A stretch of DNA of 64,000 nucleotides from Escherichia coli (GCF_050320075.1 NZ_CP190018.1), one strand, 5' to 3'; counted from the first letter of the stretch, positions 34,599-46,892 are shown. The notes: generated from the letters alone by a model not told the origin. A program made the numbers and translations.

Positions 34599-34638
34599 GG
34601 GAGAGATTATCGAGTGATATCGGTAGCTCTCCCTTTTT
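34599..34638 (+). terminator. Intrinsic terminator immediately upstream of the tape-measure gene
   Basis: GGGAGAG (34599-34605) pairs with CTCTCCC (34627-34633), with an inner helix, followed by TTTTT. Confidence 0.7.
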
Positions 34639-34671
34639 CGTATATGAACACTTAAGAGGTGAAAAATATGA

Positions 34672-36804
34672 ATGAGCAAATTCACAGTTGATAGTTTTAT
34701 CGTTGAATTAAGCTTCAATGAAAACATTATTAAGGGCTTGCAAAGAGTTGAAAAGGCAGCTTTGCAGTCAGCACAAAGAATTGAAAAGAACCTAAATAAA
34801 GGTTTCAGGATTAATACAAAGCAGCTTGATAGTAATTTAACGGCTTCTTTAGGGCAGCTTGAAAGGAAGTTTAATAAGGCCTTTGACAAGATTGAACAGA
34901 GAGCAAGAAATACTAAAGCTTTCCAGTTTACCACCAGATTTAATGACACTGTTAATCCTCCAAAACAACCGAGACAGCCACGAATTAGCGGCAACAGAGC
35001 AATCACAGCAGCTTACTCAGCGAATATGAGCAAGCTAAAAGGCTTTGACCCTATTTTGCAGAAATACATCAAATCTCAGTTTTACGGGCTATCTGCTAAA
35101 GCCGGTTCAATGGATTCTTCAAAATTCAATGAGAAGTTAGCTCAGTTAAACGCTTCAGTCAGAGAAGCAATTGCTAAAGCCAGAGGTCATACATCCACCA
35201 GCATTAATGGTGACAGAGCAGCTAATAGTCTTGATAACCTGTCTTCAGCAGCAGTTAAAACAGCAGGTGCATTTATCTCAATGCAGGCTGTATTAGCCAG
35301 TTATCAGAAGATTATGGAAATTGGTTTACAGCGTGCAAGTGCTGAACGTTCAATTGATTTCGTATTTGATAAAGATGCAGGTCAAGTAAAAGAGTTCACA
35401 AAGTCATTAGCTCAAACAACGGGTTTAGATATCGCTGAACTGCAATCACAGTTTGCTGGTTTTGGTGCTTCAGCTAAAGAGTCTATGGGCATTCAAGGTT
35501 CTGAAGAACTTTTTAAAAATATGATTGGCTATGCTCGTCTGATGGGGAGAAGTGAAGAAGAGATTAAGCGAGCACTGACAGCATTATCACAGATGGCTGG
35601 TAAGGGTCAGGTTATGGCTGAAGAGCTTAAGGGGCAATTAGCTGAAGCTGTTCCTGGTATGGTTCAGGTATTCGCTAAAGCAACCGGAAGGAATGAACAA
35701 GAGCTATTTGATGCCATGAAGAAGGGGGCTTTAAAATCTGCCGATACTCTTCAGAAGGTCACTCAGGAACTGAATAAACAAATCACCGCTAAAGGTGGCT
35801 GGAAAGCTATTTCAGAAAGTACACAGGCACAACTAGGGAACCTGAAAAACTCTTGGAATACCACGCTTGATAGTATCTTCAGAGGTTCTGAAGATGGTCT
35901 GCAAGATTTTACAAGAAGCTTAACAACGCTTTTAAACGCTCTTGGTGGAAGTGGTAAAAGTCTTGGTGAATCTCTTGGTAGTCTCATGACTTCTATGTCA
36001 CATGGTGTCGATTCATTGACTGATATCAGCTACAGGGTAAGAGCATTCTTCGATGAGGTGACATTAGCTTACCGTTCACTAAATGACACTCAGAAAAAAA
36101 TTGTTGATGGTTTATCTGATGGGTTAATTGATGGTTTGAAGATGCTTGCCGTAGCTGTTACTGCTCAAAAGGCTGCAAATGTAGCTGGAGGCTTGTTAAA
36201 CCTTGCAAATGCTGTTACTTCATTCGGTGATGCTGTTAATAAAGCTAAAGCTGGCAAGGCTGGTTCTTCAGGTGGTGCGCTAAATAAAGTTGGTAGAGTT
36301 GTTCTTTATGCTGAGTTGGTGAACTTTGCTCTTGATAATTTAAACCCTGAAGCGGCTAAGAATCCGAACTTACACCAATCAGGTATTGGAACAGAGACAA
36401 ACTTCAACCCTGAATACAAAGGCGATTCATCTAAACCAAACCAAATTAATGATGGATGGGCTAAGATTGGTAGTTCTATCGCTGACTGGTTTAATGGTGC
36501 GGCTAATAAAATTGCTAACTTCCAAGACCCGATGAATAACTTTGTTAATAACACACAATCAACTCCACCAGCTATCACAGGTGACATGGTTAATAGCAAT
36601 GCTCAACTTGCTATGGCTGTATCAGAGTTAGGAAGAAAGGTAGACGCTTTAACAGTAGAAGCTAAGAAGCCTTTATCAGTTAATATCAAAGGTGAAGCAA
36701 TTGTTAGACCGGATGAACCAGCTTTCTTTACTTTCAATCAATCAGCTAATGACCAGTTCACGCAGGATATGCTCTTAAGTTCAAGCTATCCAGAGGAAGA
36801 ATGA
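34672..36804 (+). CDS. Phage tail tape measure protein
   Basis: 710 aa. The segment ..RALTALSQMAGKGQVMAEELKGQLAEAVPGMVQVFAKATGRNEQELFDAMKKGALKS.. matches the conserved tape-measure core (lambda-type tape_meas domain). Long helical, Gly/Ala-rich remainder. Confidence 0.8.
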   Translation: MSKFTVDSFIVELSFNENIIKGLQRVEKAALQSAQRIEKNLNKGFRINTKQLDSNLTASLGQLERKFNKAFDKIEQRARNTKAFQFTTRFNDTVNPPKQPRQPRISGNRAITAAYSANMSKLKGFDPILQKYIKSQFYGLSAKAGSMDSSKFNEKLAQLNASVREAIAKARGHTSTSINGDRAANSLDNLSSAAVKTAGAFISMQAVLASYQKIMEIGLQRASAERSIDFVFDKDAGQVKEFTKSLAQTTGLDIAELQSQFAGFGASAKESMGIQGSEELFKNMIGYARLMGRSEEEIKRALTALSQMAGKGQVMAEELKGQLAEAVPGMVQVFAKATGRNEQELFDAMKKGALKSADTLQKVTQELNKQITAKGGWKAISESTQAQLGNLKNSWNTTLDSIFRGSEDGLQDFTRSLTTLLNALGGSGKSLGESLGSLMTSMSHGVDSLTDISYRVRAFFDEVTLAYRSLNDTQKKIVDGLSDGLIDGLKMLAVAVTAQKAANVAGGLLNLANAVTSFGDAVNKAKAGKAGSSGGALNKVGRVVLYAELVNFALDNLNPEAAKNPNLHQSGIGTETNFNPEYKGDSSKPNQINDGWAKIGSSIADWFNGAANKIANFQDPMNNFVNNTQSTPPAITGDMVNSNAQLAMAVSELGRKVDALTVEAKKPLSVNIKGEAIVRPDEPAFFTFNQSANDQFTQDMLLSSSYPEEE

Positions 36805-36967
36805 TTTCTTATATATCCGTGTGCTACGTGATTTCTTCTGAACAGATATACCCACTAAAAATTATTTTTTACGTAGCTCACGCTTAACAGAGAAAATACT
36901 TATATATCAAAGGCTTGGTTAAAAATGATTAAAATACACTAAGCCTTTGAAATCAAAGGAGAATTTA

Positions 36968-37741
36968 ATGATTTACTCTAATCAGATTCGTTACAGTGGT
37001 AAAGATGGCGTTTACTTTCATCTACAAGGCCAGCCAGATAATTTCTTGTCACTATCAGCTACTGAGAACATGGAATTTGACAGCCCTATGATGGTTACCA
37101 CTCAAAATATGCAATCAGGGCAGACTGTCACAGATAATGTAATGCGTTCACCCAGAACTATTTCAATCAGTGGTGTGGTTGTAGTTGGTGAATCCGGTAG
37201 TATCCTTATCTCAAGAGATAATAAGCTGGTGGAAAACTTCATAGACACTCTTGAAAACTGGCGTGACCAGAAGCAAATTATCTCAGTTGTCTGTAAAGAT
37301 GGTATTAAGATTGACGACTCAATTATTACAAACTTTAAAGCCTCTAAAGATGTTGGTATTGCCAATGGTCTTAGAATCCAATTAACTTTTCAGGAAATTA
37401 ACTTTAAAGCTATTGTGGGTCAGACTGATATCTCGGCTGCGACCGGAAGGACTTCTACCACAAGTGATGGTGGTGCTACCAGTAAAAAGAATACAGGGAA
37501 CACTACGACAAGCTTAGGTAACGGTATGTTGATGTGTCAGGAGCTATATAATCGCTCTACGAGTGAACTTACTAATGAGCAACTTCAAGCCCGTATCAAT
37601 TGTGGTAAAAATGTCAGAGTTAAGAACGGAAAAAGCACCTTCTCAGATGCCGCTAATGAGCAAGCTTCAAAGGTGCTTAATAATGCTGGTACAGGTAGTA
37701 CTTTGAAGAAGTATTCTGTTAATCCTAACAAGCGATACTGA
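36968..37741 (+). CDS. Tail-tip or distal-tail-like protein (family usually encoded just after tape-measure genes)
   Basis: 257 aa from [14 protein letters not shown].. (AAGGAG SD at 36956). The pattern [30 protein letters not shown] .. [12 protein letters not shown] resembles Dit-like tail proteins. Confidence 0.4.
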   Translation: MIYSNQIRYSGKDGVYFHLQGQPDNFLSLSATENMEFDSPMMVTTQNMQSGQTVTDNVMRSPRTISISGVVVVGESGSILISRDNKLVENFIDTLENWRDQKQIISVVCKDGIKIDDSIITNFKASKDVGIANGLRIQLTFQEINFKAIVGQTDISAATGRTSTTSDGGATSKKNTGNTTTSLGNGMLMCQELYNRSTSELTNEQLQARINCGKNVRVKNGKSTFSDAANEQASKVLNNAGTGSTLKKYSVNPNKRY

Positions 37742-37755
37742 CGATAGAATCTCAA

Positions 37756-39279
37756 CTATATGATAACCTCATCAACATCTATTAAACCCCTCTCAGTGAC
37801 TTCAGAAAGCGACTGTATAGCCTCTGTAACGTTGTCTGAGGGGTTTTCTGTTATTGGTAAGGTGATTGCTTTACCGTTGTGAAAAGTTACTTTACAGCGA
37901 CGTTTAGCAGTATTTAAAACGACCTCTTTAACAGCACTTTTGATTATCAGTTGTGCTTCAATCCTTCCCGCCTTTGTAGTCAAGTCACAATCAGACAAAC
38001 AACCCACATCAATAGATTTAAGGCGTTGTGTCTCCTTCTCGATATCCGCATCAACTTGTGATAGCTCATTCTTTAGTTGTCTTAGTTTGCTGGTAATAGC
38101 GGACAAGTCTTCAATTTCAAGTGATAGCTGTACCAGCTTTTCAATATTGCTTGAGATGTGTTCACGGTGTAGCTTCAGTGTGTCTATGGTATTCGTCATA
38201 TCGCTATCAAATCGGTCAAGACGAGATAGCAGGGCAAGCAATGTACCATCGGTTTGCTTACGTGAAAGTCCTTTAGCACTACAACGGTTTTCATTACGAA
38301 GAGGACAACGATAAATCCCGTTTCTTGTATCGCTAAAGCCTGTGATAATCAAAGCATGACCACATTCAGAACAACGGATAACACCTTTGAAAAGATTCAC
38401 AGCCATTGGCTTATCTGAAGCAGGTTTTCTACCGTAACGAGCATATGATAGTTGTTGAACTTTGTAGAATGTTGTTTCATCTATAATTGCAGGATAATAA
38501 CCAGATATCTCCTCACAGCCTTTAGGTGTGAAGTAACCAATTACAGAGCGATTCTTCAAAAGGTCTTGCACTGAGGTTTGACCAAACTTACCTGCTTTGT
38601 ACTGGTTAAGCGTCTGGTGACCTTCAGCATTAAGAGTTCTGACAATCTCCCAGATAGACTTACCCTCTAACCGTAGCTGAAAGCACCTCTTCACAGTCTC
38701 CACTTTCTCAGGTATCACAGAGAAGCTTTTACGGTCATCATTAAGCTTAAGCCATGCAGGACAACGCCTAGAAATCTTGATACCAGCTTTAGCAGCTTCT
38801 TTCTTTGCATCCCATGCAGCTTGTATACGCTCAGCCTTACGTAATGATTCCTCATGCGCCCTTTGCATTATCAAAATGCTTTTAATCAGAGCTAACGGGT
38901 CTTTAAGAGATTCCCTTGTGTAATGTTCACCATCGGACAGGGTGACTACATCTACACCAGAGCGAAGAATGTTTCTGAGTAGCTCACTTGCTTGGTCTAC
39001 GTCCTGACGTGAGAGACGGTCTAAACTCTCGATTAGTAGTGTATCACCAGCTTTAACAAGCCCTTTCTCGATAGCGGTTAAAAAGTCACCTAAGCCACCT
39101 TTCAAGTGCTTACCAGTGAACCCGCTAACGCCTAAATCACGAAAAGTAAGGGATTCATCCAGATAGTACTCAGGATGAGCCTTAAGCCAATCAGTGACCA
39201 TCTTAGCCTGTCGTCTTAATGAGTCGCCTCTGGATTGCTTCTCAGATGAAAACCGGATGTAACTGATTGCACGTTTCAT
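37756..39279 (-). CDS. Large serine recombinase (integrase)
   Basis: 507 aa. N-terminal resolvase catalytic domain (AISYIRFSSEKQSRGDSLRRQ), recombinase domain, Cys-rich zinc ribbon (CSECGH..YRCP..C), and C-terminal coiled coil. Confidence 0.9.
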   Translation of the reverse strand: MKRAISYIRFSSEKQSRGDSLRRQAKMVTDWLKAHPEYYLDESLTFRDLGVSGFTGKHLKGGLGDFLTAIEKGLVKAGDTLLIESLDRLSRQDVDQASELLRNILRSGVDVVTLSDGEHYTRESLKDPLALIKSILIMQRAHEESLRKAERIQAAWDAKKEAAKAGIKISRRCPAWLKLNDDRKSFSVIPEKVETVKRCFQLRLEGKSIWEIVRTLNAEGHQTLNQYKAGKFGQTSVQDLLKNRSVIGYFTPKGCEEISGYYPAIIDETTFYKVQQLSYARYGRKPASDKPMAVNLFKGVIRCSECGHALIITGFSDTRNGIYRCPLRNENRCSAKGLSRKQTDGTLLALLSRLDRFDSDMTNTIDTLKLHREHISSNIEKLVQLSLEIEDLSAITSKLRQLKNELSQVDADIEKETQRLKSIDVGCLSDCDLTTKAGRIEAQLIIKSAVKEVVLNTAKRRCKVTFHNGKAITLPITENPSDNVTEAIQSLSEVTERGLIDVDEVII

Positions 39280-39340
39280 TGTTCACCTCACCAATAGCAG
39301 TTGGGCTTGTACCAACCCCTAGATTGTATCGCTTTAGATG

Positions 39341-39369
39341 GTGTATTTAAACGTGTCTAATAAAAATCA
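39341..39369. other. attR (attP left arm GTGTATTTAAAC / AAAATCA core / attB right half follows)
   Basis: Element GTGTATTTAAACGTGTCTAAT + AAAATCA, then chromosomal CCCGATTAACG. Confidence 0.75.
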
Positions 39370-39841
39370 CCCGATTAACGCCGCGCTGATGTAAACCGCG
39401 ATTAAGCGTTTGTTCCTCTTCCCCTTTGGCGAAAAACTGTGGATGGCGGACTTCCACACCATAATTAAATTCGCCGGGAAGGGAATCGAGAAAATGCCAA
39501 AGCGCAGGCAGATCCCGTGGGCCAAATGTGGCAGGCAGTTGCAGCCAGTATTGCCCAATGCGCGGCGCTAACGGTGACATGCGGGTCAAAAATTCAGTCA
39601 CTAAATCATCGCAATGCCGTAATGCTGCCTGATGCGAAATGGTCGCCGGAAACTTAAAACAGAAGCGAAAATTATCTGTGGTCTGCTCACGCCAGCGCAG
39701 GACAACCTCGGATTTCGGCAGGGCGTAAAGCGTGGTGTTGCCCTCCACACAGTTAAAGTGGCGGGCATACTCTTCAAGGCTGGTGATCCCCAACCGCACC
39801 CATTTAGGATGCGACCATTGCGGCAGACCGATGTAAATCAT
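39363..39841 (-). pseudogene. yecE: yecE N-terminal fragment (159 native codons, then 5 element-encoded codons and a stop)
   Basis: [48 protein letters not shown] followed by FIRHV-stop read from element DNA. Confidence 0.9.
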
Positions 39842-40404
39842 AATGCGTTGAGGATCTCTTCCACACTGCGCACACGGGCGATGCGTGGGTAGATATGGTT
39901 GATGCTGTTATTGTGCTGCTCGGCGCTGGCGGCGCTGCAGGCGTCTTCGGCAATCACCAGATTAAAACCGAGTTCCCAGGCATTGCGGGCGGTGGATTCA
40001 ACACCGATATTGGTCGAGATCCCACATAATACTATTGTATCGATACCCCGGCGGCGTAATTGCAACTCCAGATCTGTACCGTAAAACGCCCCCCACTGAC
40101 GTTTGATGATTTCGATATCACTGTCAGTTGCACCTAATGCAGCAGGATGTTGCCACCAGTTTTCGGGCAACACTTTAGCGGGGGAAGGGGCATCAACCGG
40201 CTGTTTTAATGCTTCGGCGTAATCGGCAGACCAGCCAACGCGCACCAGAAACACGGGCTGACCGCTGGCGCGAAATTTCACCGCCAGCTTCCCGGCGCGA
40301 TTAACCACCTCATCGGCAGTATGTGGACCTCCGGCAAAAGGTAAGATGCCTTCTTGTAAATCAATCACCACCAGCGCGGTGGTTTTAGCATTAAGTTCAA
40401 GCAT
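39838..40404 (-). CDS. yecD: Isochorismatase-family hydrolase YecD
   Basis: 188 aa from [34 protein letters not shown]... Start trimmed from 40419. Confidence 0.9.
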   Translation of the reverse strand: MLELNAKTTALVVIDLQEGILPFAGGPHTADEVVNRAGKLAVKFRASGQPVFLVRVGWSADYAEALKQPVDAPSPAKVLPENWWQHPAALGATDSDIEIIKRQWGAFYGTDLELQLRRRGIDTIVLCGISTNIGVESTARNAWELGFNLVIAEDACSAASAEQHNNSINHIYPRIARVRSVEEILNAL

Positions 40405-40713
40405 GATGACTCCTGACAAAACAAAATCGTGCCTCTCACCTTAATGCGATTAGCCGATGGCGGAACGACAAATTTTGTTAATTTTTATGAGTTCGGGCAA
40501 CACCTTTATAGCAAACTGGCGTAGAGTCTGATTTCAGGCCCGATATAAAGTGGTAACGAGGCGTTCCAGCGCGGGCCAGACTCTTACGGTGCGGCAGAAT
40601 TTCCAGTATAATAGCCGCCTTTTTTCATTCAGTTGTGACATACAGCTAACGCTGCGACTTGGTCACCTGCGCAGCAGGGGGCATCCGCCGGCAGCTAAGT
40701 TAAGGGATATCTC

Positions 40714-42486
40714 ATGCGTACAGAATATTGTGGACAGCTCCGTTTGTCCCACGTGGGGCAGCAGGTGACTCTGTGTGGTTGGGTCAACCGTCGTCGTGAT
40801 CTTGGTAGCCTGATCTTCATCGATATGCGCGACCGCGAAGGTATCGTGCAGGTATTTTTCGATCCGGATCGTGCGGACGCGTTAAAGCTGGCCTCTGAAC
40901 TGCGTAATGAGTTCTGCATTCAGGTCACGGGCACCGTACGTGCGCGTGACGAAAAAAATATTAACCGCGATATGGCGACTGGCGAAATCGAAGTACTGGC
41001 GTCCTCGCTGACTATCATCAACCGTGCAGATGTTCTGCCGCTTGACTCTAACCACGTCAACACCGAAGAAGCGCGTCTGAAATACCGCTACCTCGACCTG
41101 CGTCGCCCGGAAATGGCTCAGCGCCTGAAAACCCGCGCTAAAATCACCAGCCTGGTGCGCCGTTTTATGGATGACCACGGCTTCCTCGACATCGAAACTC
41201 CGATGCTGACCAAAGCCACGCCGGAAGGCGCGCGTGACTACCTGGTGCCTTCTCGTGTGCACAAAGGTAAATTCTACGCACTGCCGCAATCCCCACAGTT
41301 GTTCAAACAGCTGCTGATGATGTCCGGCTTTGACCGTTACTATCAGATCGTTAAATGCTTCCGTGACGAAGACCTGCGCGCTGATCGTCAGCCTGAATTT
41401 ACTCAGATCGATGTGGAAACTTCTTTCATGACCGCGCCGCAAGTGCGTGAAGTGATGGAAGCGCTGGTGCGTCATCTGTGGCTGGAAGTGAAGGGCGTGG
41501 ATCTGGGCGATTTCCCGATAATGACCTTTGCGGAAGCAGAACGCCGTTATGGTTCTGATAAACCGGATCTGCGTAACCCGATGGAACTGACTGACGTTGC
41601 CGATCTGCTGAAATCTGTTGAATTTGCAGTATTTGCAGGTCCGGCGAACAATCCGAAAGGGCGCGTTGCCGCTCTGCGTGTTCCGGGTGGCGCATCGCTG
41701 ACCCGTAAGCAGATCGACGAATACGGTAACTTCGTTAAAATCTACGGCGCGAAAGGTCTGGCTTACATCAAAGTTAACGAACGCGCGAAAGGTCTGGAAG
41801 GTATCAACAGCCCGGTAGCGAAGTTCCTTAATGCAGAAATCATCGAAGCCATCCTGGATCGTACTGCCGCGCAAGATGGCGATATGATTTTCTTCGGTGC
41901 CGACAACAAGAAAATTGTTGCCGACGCGATGGGCGCACTGCGCCTGAAAGTGGGTAAAGACCTTGGTCTGACCGACGAAAGCAAATGGGCACCGCTGTGG
42001 GTTATCGATTTCCCGATGTTTGAAGACGACGGTGAAGGCGGCCTGACGGCAATGCACCATCCGTTCACCTCACCGAAAGACATGACTGCTGCAGAACTGA
42101 AAGCTGCACCAGAAAATGCGGTGGCGAACGCTTACGATATGGTCATCAATGGTTACGAAGTGGGCGGTGGTTCTGTGCGTATCCATAATGGTGATATGCA
42201 GCAGACGGTGTTTGGTATTCTGGGTATCAACGAAGAGGAACAGCGCGAGAAATTCGGCTTCCTGCTCGACGCCCTGAAATACGGTACTCCGCCGCACGCA
42301 GGTCTGGCATTCGGTCTTGACCGTCTGACGATGCTGCTGACCGGCACCGACAATATCCGTGACGTTATCGCCTTCCCGAAAACCACGGCGGCGGCGTGTC
42401 TGATGACTGAAGCACCGAGCTTTGCTAACCCGACTGCACTGGCTGAGCTGAGCATTCAGGTTGTGAAGAAGGCAGAGAATAACTGA
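40714..42486 (+). CDS. aspS: Aspartyl-tRNA synthetase
   Basis: 590 aa, [43 protein letters not shown].. Confidence 0.96.
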   Translation: MRTEYCGQLRLSHVGQQVTLCGWVNRRRDLGSLIFIDMRDREGIVQVFFDPDRADALKLASELRNEFCIQVTGTVRARDEKNINRDMATGEIEVLASSLTIINRADVLPLDSNHVNTEEARLKYRYLDLRRPEMAQRLKTRAKITSLVRRFMDDHGFLDIETPMLTKATPEGARDYLVPSRVHKGKFYALPQSPQLFKQLLMMSGFDRYYQIVKCFRDEDLRADRQPEFTQIDVETSFMTAPQVREVMEALVRHLWLEVKGVDLGDFPIMTFAEAERRYGSDKPDLRNPMELTDVADLLKSVEFAVFAGPANNPKGRVAALRVPGGASLTRKQIDEYGNFVKIYGAKGLAYIKVNERAKGLEGINSPVAKFLNAEIIEAILDRTAAQDGDMIFFGADNKKIVADAMGALRLKVGKDLGLTDESKWAPLWVIDFPMFEDDGEGGLTAMHHPFTSPKDMTAAELKAAPENAVANAYDMVINGYEVGGGSVRIHNGDMQQTVFGILGINEEEQREKFGFLLDALKYGTPPHAGLAFGLDRLTMLLTGTDNIRDVIAFPKTTAAACLMTEAPSFANPTALAELSIQVVKKAENN

Positions 42487-42603
42487 TATGACTCAAATAC
42501 ACGAAATCATTCGCGTTGCATCGAGGCGGCAACTGAGTGAACTCCCATGAGCATAGATAACTATGTGAATGGGATGAGCGAAGGCAGTCAACGAAGAGGC
42601 AGC

Positions 42604-43056
42604 GTGAAGGATAAAGTGTATAAGCGTCCCGTTTCGATCTTAGTGGTCATCTATGCGCAAGATACGAAACGGGTGCTGATGTTGCAGCGGCGTGACGATC
42701 CCGATTTCTGGCAGTCGGTAACCGGCAGCGTGGAAGAGGGTGAAACCGCGCCGCAAGCTGCCATGCGCGAAGTAAAGGAAGAGGTCACCATCGATGTTGT
42801 CGCTGAACAACTGACCTTAATTGACTGTCAGCGCACGGTAGAATTTGAAATTTTTTCACATTTACGTCATCGCTATGCGCCGGGCGTGACGCGTAATACG
42901 GAATCATGGTTCTGTCTTGCGCTCCCGCACGAACGCCAGGTCGTCTTCACTGAACATCTGGCCTACAAGTGGCTTGATGCGCCTGCTGCGGCGGCGCTCA
43001 CTAAGTCCTGGAGCAACCGGCAGGCGATTGAACAGTTTGTAATTAACGCTGCCTGA
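42604..43056 (+). CDS. nudB: Dihydroneopterin triphosphate pyrophosphatase (Nudix)
   Basis: 150 aa from GTG: [30 protein letters not shown].. with the Nudix box [20 protein letters not shown]. Confidence 0.9.
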
Positions 43057-43084
43057 ACAGGCAGGGCTATCTGGAGATATTTTT

Positions 43085-43825
43085 ATGGCAGGTCATAGTA
43101 AATGGGCCAACACCAGACATCGTAAAGCTGCGCAGGATGCTAAGCGCGGTAAAATCTTCACTAAAATCATTCGTGAGCTGGTAACCGCGGCTAAGCTGGG
43201 CGGTGGTGACCCGGACGCTAACCCGCGTCTGCGTGCAGCAATTGATAAAGCATTGTCTAACAACATGACCCGTGACACTCTGAACCGCGCAATTGCACGT
43301 GGTGTGGGCGGTGATGATGATGCAAACATGGAAACCATCATCTACGAAGGTTACGGTCCTGGCGGCACGGCAATCATGATTGAATGTCTGTCTGACAACC
43401 GCAACCGTACCGTTGCTGAAGTGCGTCATGCATTCAGCAAATGTGGTGGTAACCTCGGTACTGATGGTTCCGTAGCCTATCTGTTCAGCAAAAAAGGCGT
43501 GATCTCCTTCGAGAAAGGCGATGAAGACACCATCATGGAAGCAGCTCTGGAAGCGGGTGCTGAAGACGTTGTGACCTATGATGACGGCGCGATTGACGTC
43601 TACACTGCATGGGAAGAAATGGGTAAAGTACGCGACGCTCTGGAAGCGGCAGGTCTGAAAGCAGACAGCGCGGAAGTTTCCATGATCCCGTCCACCAAAG
43701 CTGATATGGATGCTGAAACCGCACCGAAACTGATGCGTCTGATCGATATGCTGGAAGATTGCGACGACGTGCAGGAAGTCTACCATAACGGTGAAATCTC
43801 CGATGAGGTTGCAGCGACTCTCTGA
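43085..43825 (+). CDS. yebC: YebC/PmpR-family transcriptional regulator
   Basis: 246 aa, [43 protein letters not shown].. Confidence 0.95.
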
Positions 43826-43859
43826 TGGGGCCTGCTAAACAGCAAAACGGAGACGCGTG

Positions 43860-44381
43860 ATGGCTATTATTCTCGGCATTGACCCGGGTTCGCGCGTGAC
43901 CGGCTATGGCGTCATCCGCCAGGTAGGCAGGCAACTCTCCTACCTGGGTAGCGGATGCATACGCACCAAAGTGGATGATTTACCGTCTCGTCTGAAGCTC
44001 ATCTATGCGGGCGTGACGGAAATCATCACCCAGTTCGAGCCTGATTATTTCGCCATTGAACAAGTCTTTATGGCGAAGAACGCTGACTCAGCCCTGAAAC
44101 TGGGTCAGGCGCGCGGCGTGGCGATTGTGGCGGCGGTGAATCAGGAATTGCCGGTATTTGAATATGCGGCACGTCAGGTAAAGCAAACGGTGGTAGGTAT
44201 TGGTAGTGCTGAAAAAAGCCAGGTGCAGCATATGGTCCGCACCTTGCTGAAACTGCCCGCTAATCCACAGGCGGATGCTGCCGATGCATTAGCTATCGCG
44301 ATTACCCATTGTCACGTCAGTCAGAATGCGATGCAGATGAGCGAATCGCGGCTGAACCTGGCGAGAGGGCGACTGCGTTAA
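43860..44381 (+). CDS. ruvC: Holliday junction resolvase RuvC
   Basis: 173 aa, [36 protein letters not shown].. Confidence 0.95.
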   Translation: MAIILGIDPGSRVTGYGVIRQVGRQLSYLGSGCIRTKVDDLPSRLKLIYAGVTEIITQFEPDYFAIEQVFMAKNADSALKLGQARGVAIVAAVNQELPVFEYAARQVKQTVVGIGSAEKSQVQHMVRTLLKLPANPQADAADALAIAITHCHVSQNAMQMSESRLNLARGRLR

Positions 44382-44382
44382 G

Positions 44383-44985
44383 TTATACCGCCTCGGTCAG
44401 TTCCGGCTGAGGCGTTTCCACTCCCTCCGCATGAATCAACACCAAACCCGGATGATGCCACAAACTGGCTGGCGTGACGGTTTTACGCTCCCACGGAATA
44501 GAACCCAGGAACCAGAATTTCCAGAAAGTGAGTTTTGCATTCGGATTGCTATTTAACAATTCTCCAAACGTCTCTATTTCACCCACCGGAATACATAGCG
44601 CCTCTTTATAAATATCAAAAACAAATTTTGAACAGAACTGGCGCGAAGATTCGTATTTAAAACCGGTGTGGTAAAGTTTGCGTAGCCGGGAGGGAACCTG
44701 TTCAACAATTCGTTGTTTTTGTTGTTCTGTCAGCCCAGCGTCTAATCGCTTTATAGCATAGCGTTGATTAGACGAACGTTTAATAAAACGAGATAGCGTG
44801 GTGATGGTTGAAAGGGGAACCCGGCTTTCTGCAACCAGGAAGTCTTCACCGTTATGACCGATAATGATCCCGACGTGATTACTCCAGCAATTTGATGCAG
44901 CTGATATTTGACCAAATAAGGCAGCACCTATACATGTAAAGACGATATCTCCAATTTCATATTCAGCAGGGTAATTAATATTCAC
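44383..44985 (-). CDS. yebB: YebB (NlpC/P60-like, permuted papain fold)
   Basis: 200 aa if started at the GTG ([20 protein letters not shown]..), matching the remembered K-12 length. The 233-aa ORF-track version is probably too long. Confidence 0.8.
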   Translation of the reverse strand: MNINYPAEYEIGDIVFTCIGAALFGQISAASNCWSNHVGIIIGHNGEDFLVAESRVPLSTITTLSRFIKRSSNQRYAIKRLDAGLTEQQKQRIVEQVPSRLRKLYHTGFKYESSRQFCSKFVFDIYKEALCIPVGEIETFGELLNSNPNAKLTFWKFWFLGSIPWERKTVTPASLWHHPGLVLIHAEGVETPQPELTEAV

Positions 44986-45192
44986 GTTGTCATTCCATTG
45001 AAATAGATACGAATATACGTAATAGCATAAAAAATTTATTTTTTCAGGAGGCGCAATGTATATTTTTATTACGCATTTCTTCACTGAATATGTAATATTA
45101 AAATATTTGCTTCCAATATAACCTGTAGAACAAATTATACTGTGCCATTTTTCAGATCATCGGGACACCTCGCAAGTTTTCTTCATCCTTCG

Positions 45193-45208
45193 CTGGATAT
45201 CTATCCAG
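45193..45208. promoter_or_regulatory. LexA (SOS) box of ruvAB
   Basis: CTGGATATCTATCCAG fits CTG-N10-CAG, 52 nt upstream of ruvA. Confidence 0.8.
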
Positions 45209-45259
45209 CATTTTTTTATCATACAGCATTATCTTTGATTCATTACGCAGGAGCGTCAT

Positions 45260-45871
45260 GTGATAGGCAGACTCAGAGGCATCATCATTGAAAAACAACC
45301 CCCGCTGGTGTTAATTGAAGTGGGCGGCGTAGGCTATGAAGTGCATATGCCGATGACCTGTTTTTATGAACTCCCTGAAGCGGGTCAGGAAGCGATCGTT
45401 TTCACCCACTTTGTGGTGCGTGAAGACGCGCAACTGCTGTACGGTTTTAACAATAAACAAGAGCGCACATTGTTCAAAGAGTTGATCAAAACCAACGGCG
45501 TCGGCCCGAAGTTAGCGCTGGCGATCCTCTCCGGAATGTCAGCGCAGCAGTTCGTTAATGCCGTTGAGCGTGAAGAAGTGGGGGCACTGGTGAAACTGCC
45601 GGGTATTGGCAAAAAAACCGCCGAACGCTTGATTGTTGAAATGAAAGACCGATTTAAAGGTTTGCATGGCGATCTCTTTACGCCAGCCGCCGACCTGGTA
45701 CTCACGTCTCCTGCCAGCCCGGCGACCGACGATGCTGAACAAGAAGCGGTTGCCGCGCTGGTGGCGCTGGGCTATAAACCACAAGAAGCAAGCCGCATGG
45801 TGAGCAAAATCGCTCGCCCTGACGCCAGCAGTGAAACATTAATTCGCGAAGCCCTACGCGCCGCGTTATGA
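45260..45871 (+). CDS. ruvA: Holliday junction branch migration protein RuvA
   Basis: 203 aa, GTG start, [40 protein letters not shown].. Confidence 0.95.
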   Translation: MIGRLRGIIIEKQPPLVLIEVGGVGYEVHMPMTCFYELPEAGQEAIVFTHFVVREDAQLLYGFNNKQERTLFKELIKTNGVGPKLALAILSGMSAQQFVNAVEREEVGALVKLPGIGKKTAERLIVEMKDRFKGLHGDLFTPAADLVLTSPASPATDDAEQEAVAALVALGYKPQEASRMVSKIARPDASSETLIREALRAAL

Positions 45872-45876
45872 GGTAA

Positions 45877-46890
<1,014 letters not shown>

Positions 46891-46892
46891 GT

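Larger units (their letters stand above)
27134..39369. mobile_element. 12,229-bp integrative element (serine integrase; candidate phage satellite or mini-prophage) inserted in yecE
   Basis: Split target gene; AAAATCA repeated at both junctions (27134-27140, 39363-39369); abrupt AT-rich composition; integrase adjacent to attR; phage-type gene content. Confidence 0.88.

Noticed and set aside
34584-35006. 140-aa ORF antisense to the 5' end of the tape-measure gene
   Set aside because: It is a Leu/Cys/Phe-rich translation of the reverse strand of an AT-rich gene. It begins inside the tape-measure ORF and has no SD or promoter. It cannot be fully excluded, but there is no positive evidence.
40882-42060. 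392-aa ORF on the minus strand
   Set aside because: It is antisense to aspS, a shadow frame of a highly expressed conserved gene.
43067-43786. 239-aa ORF on the minus strand
   Set aside because: It is antisense to yebC and has the same shadow-ORF character.
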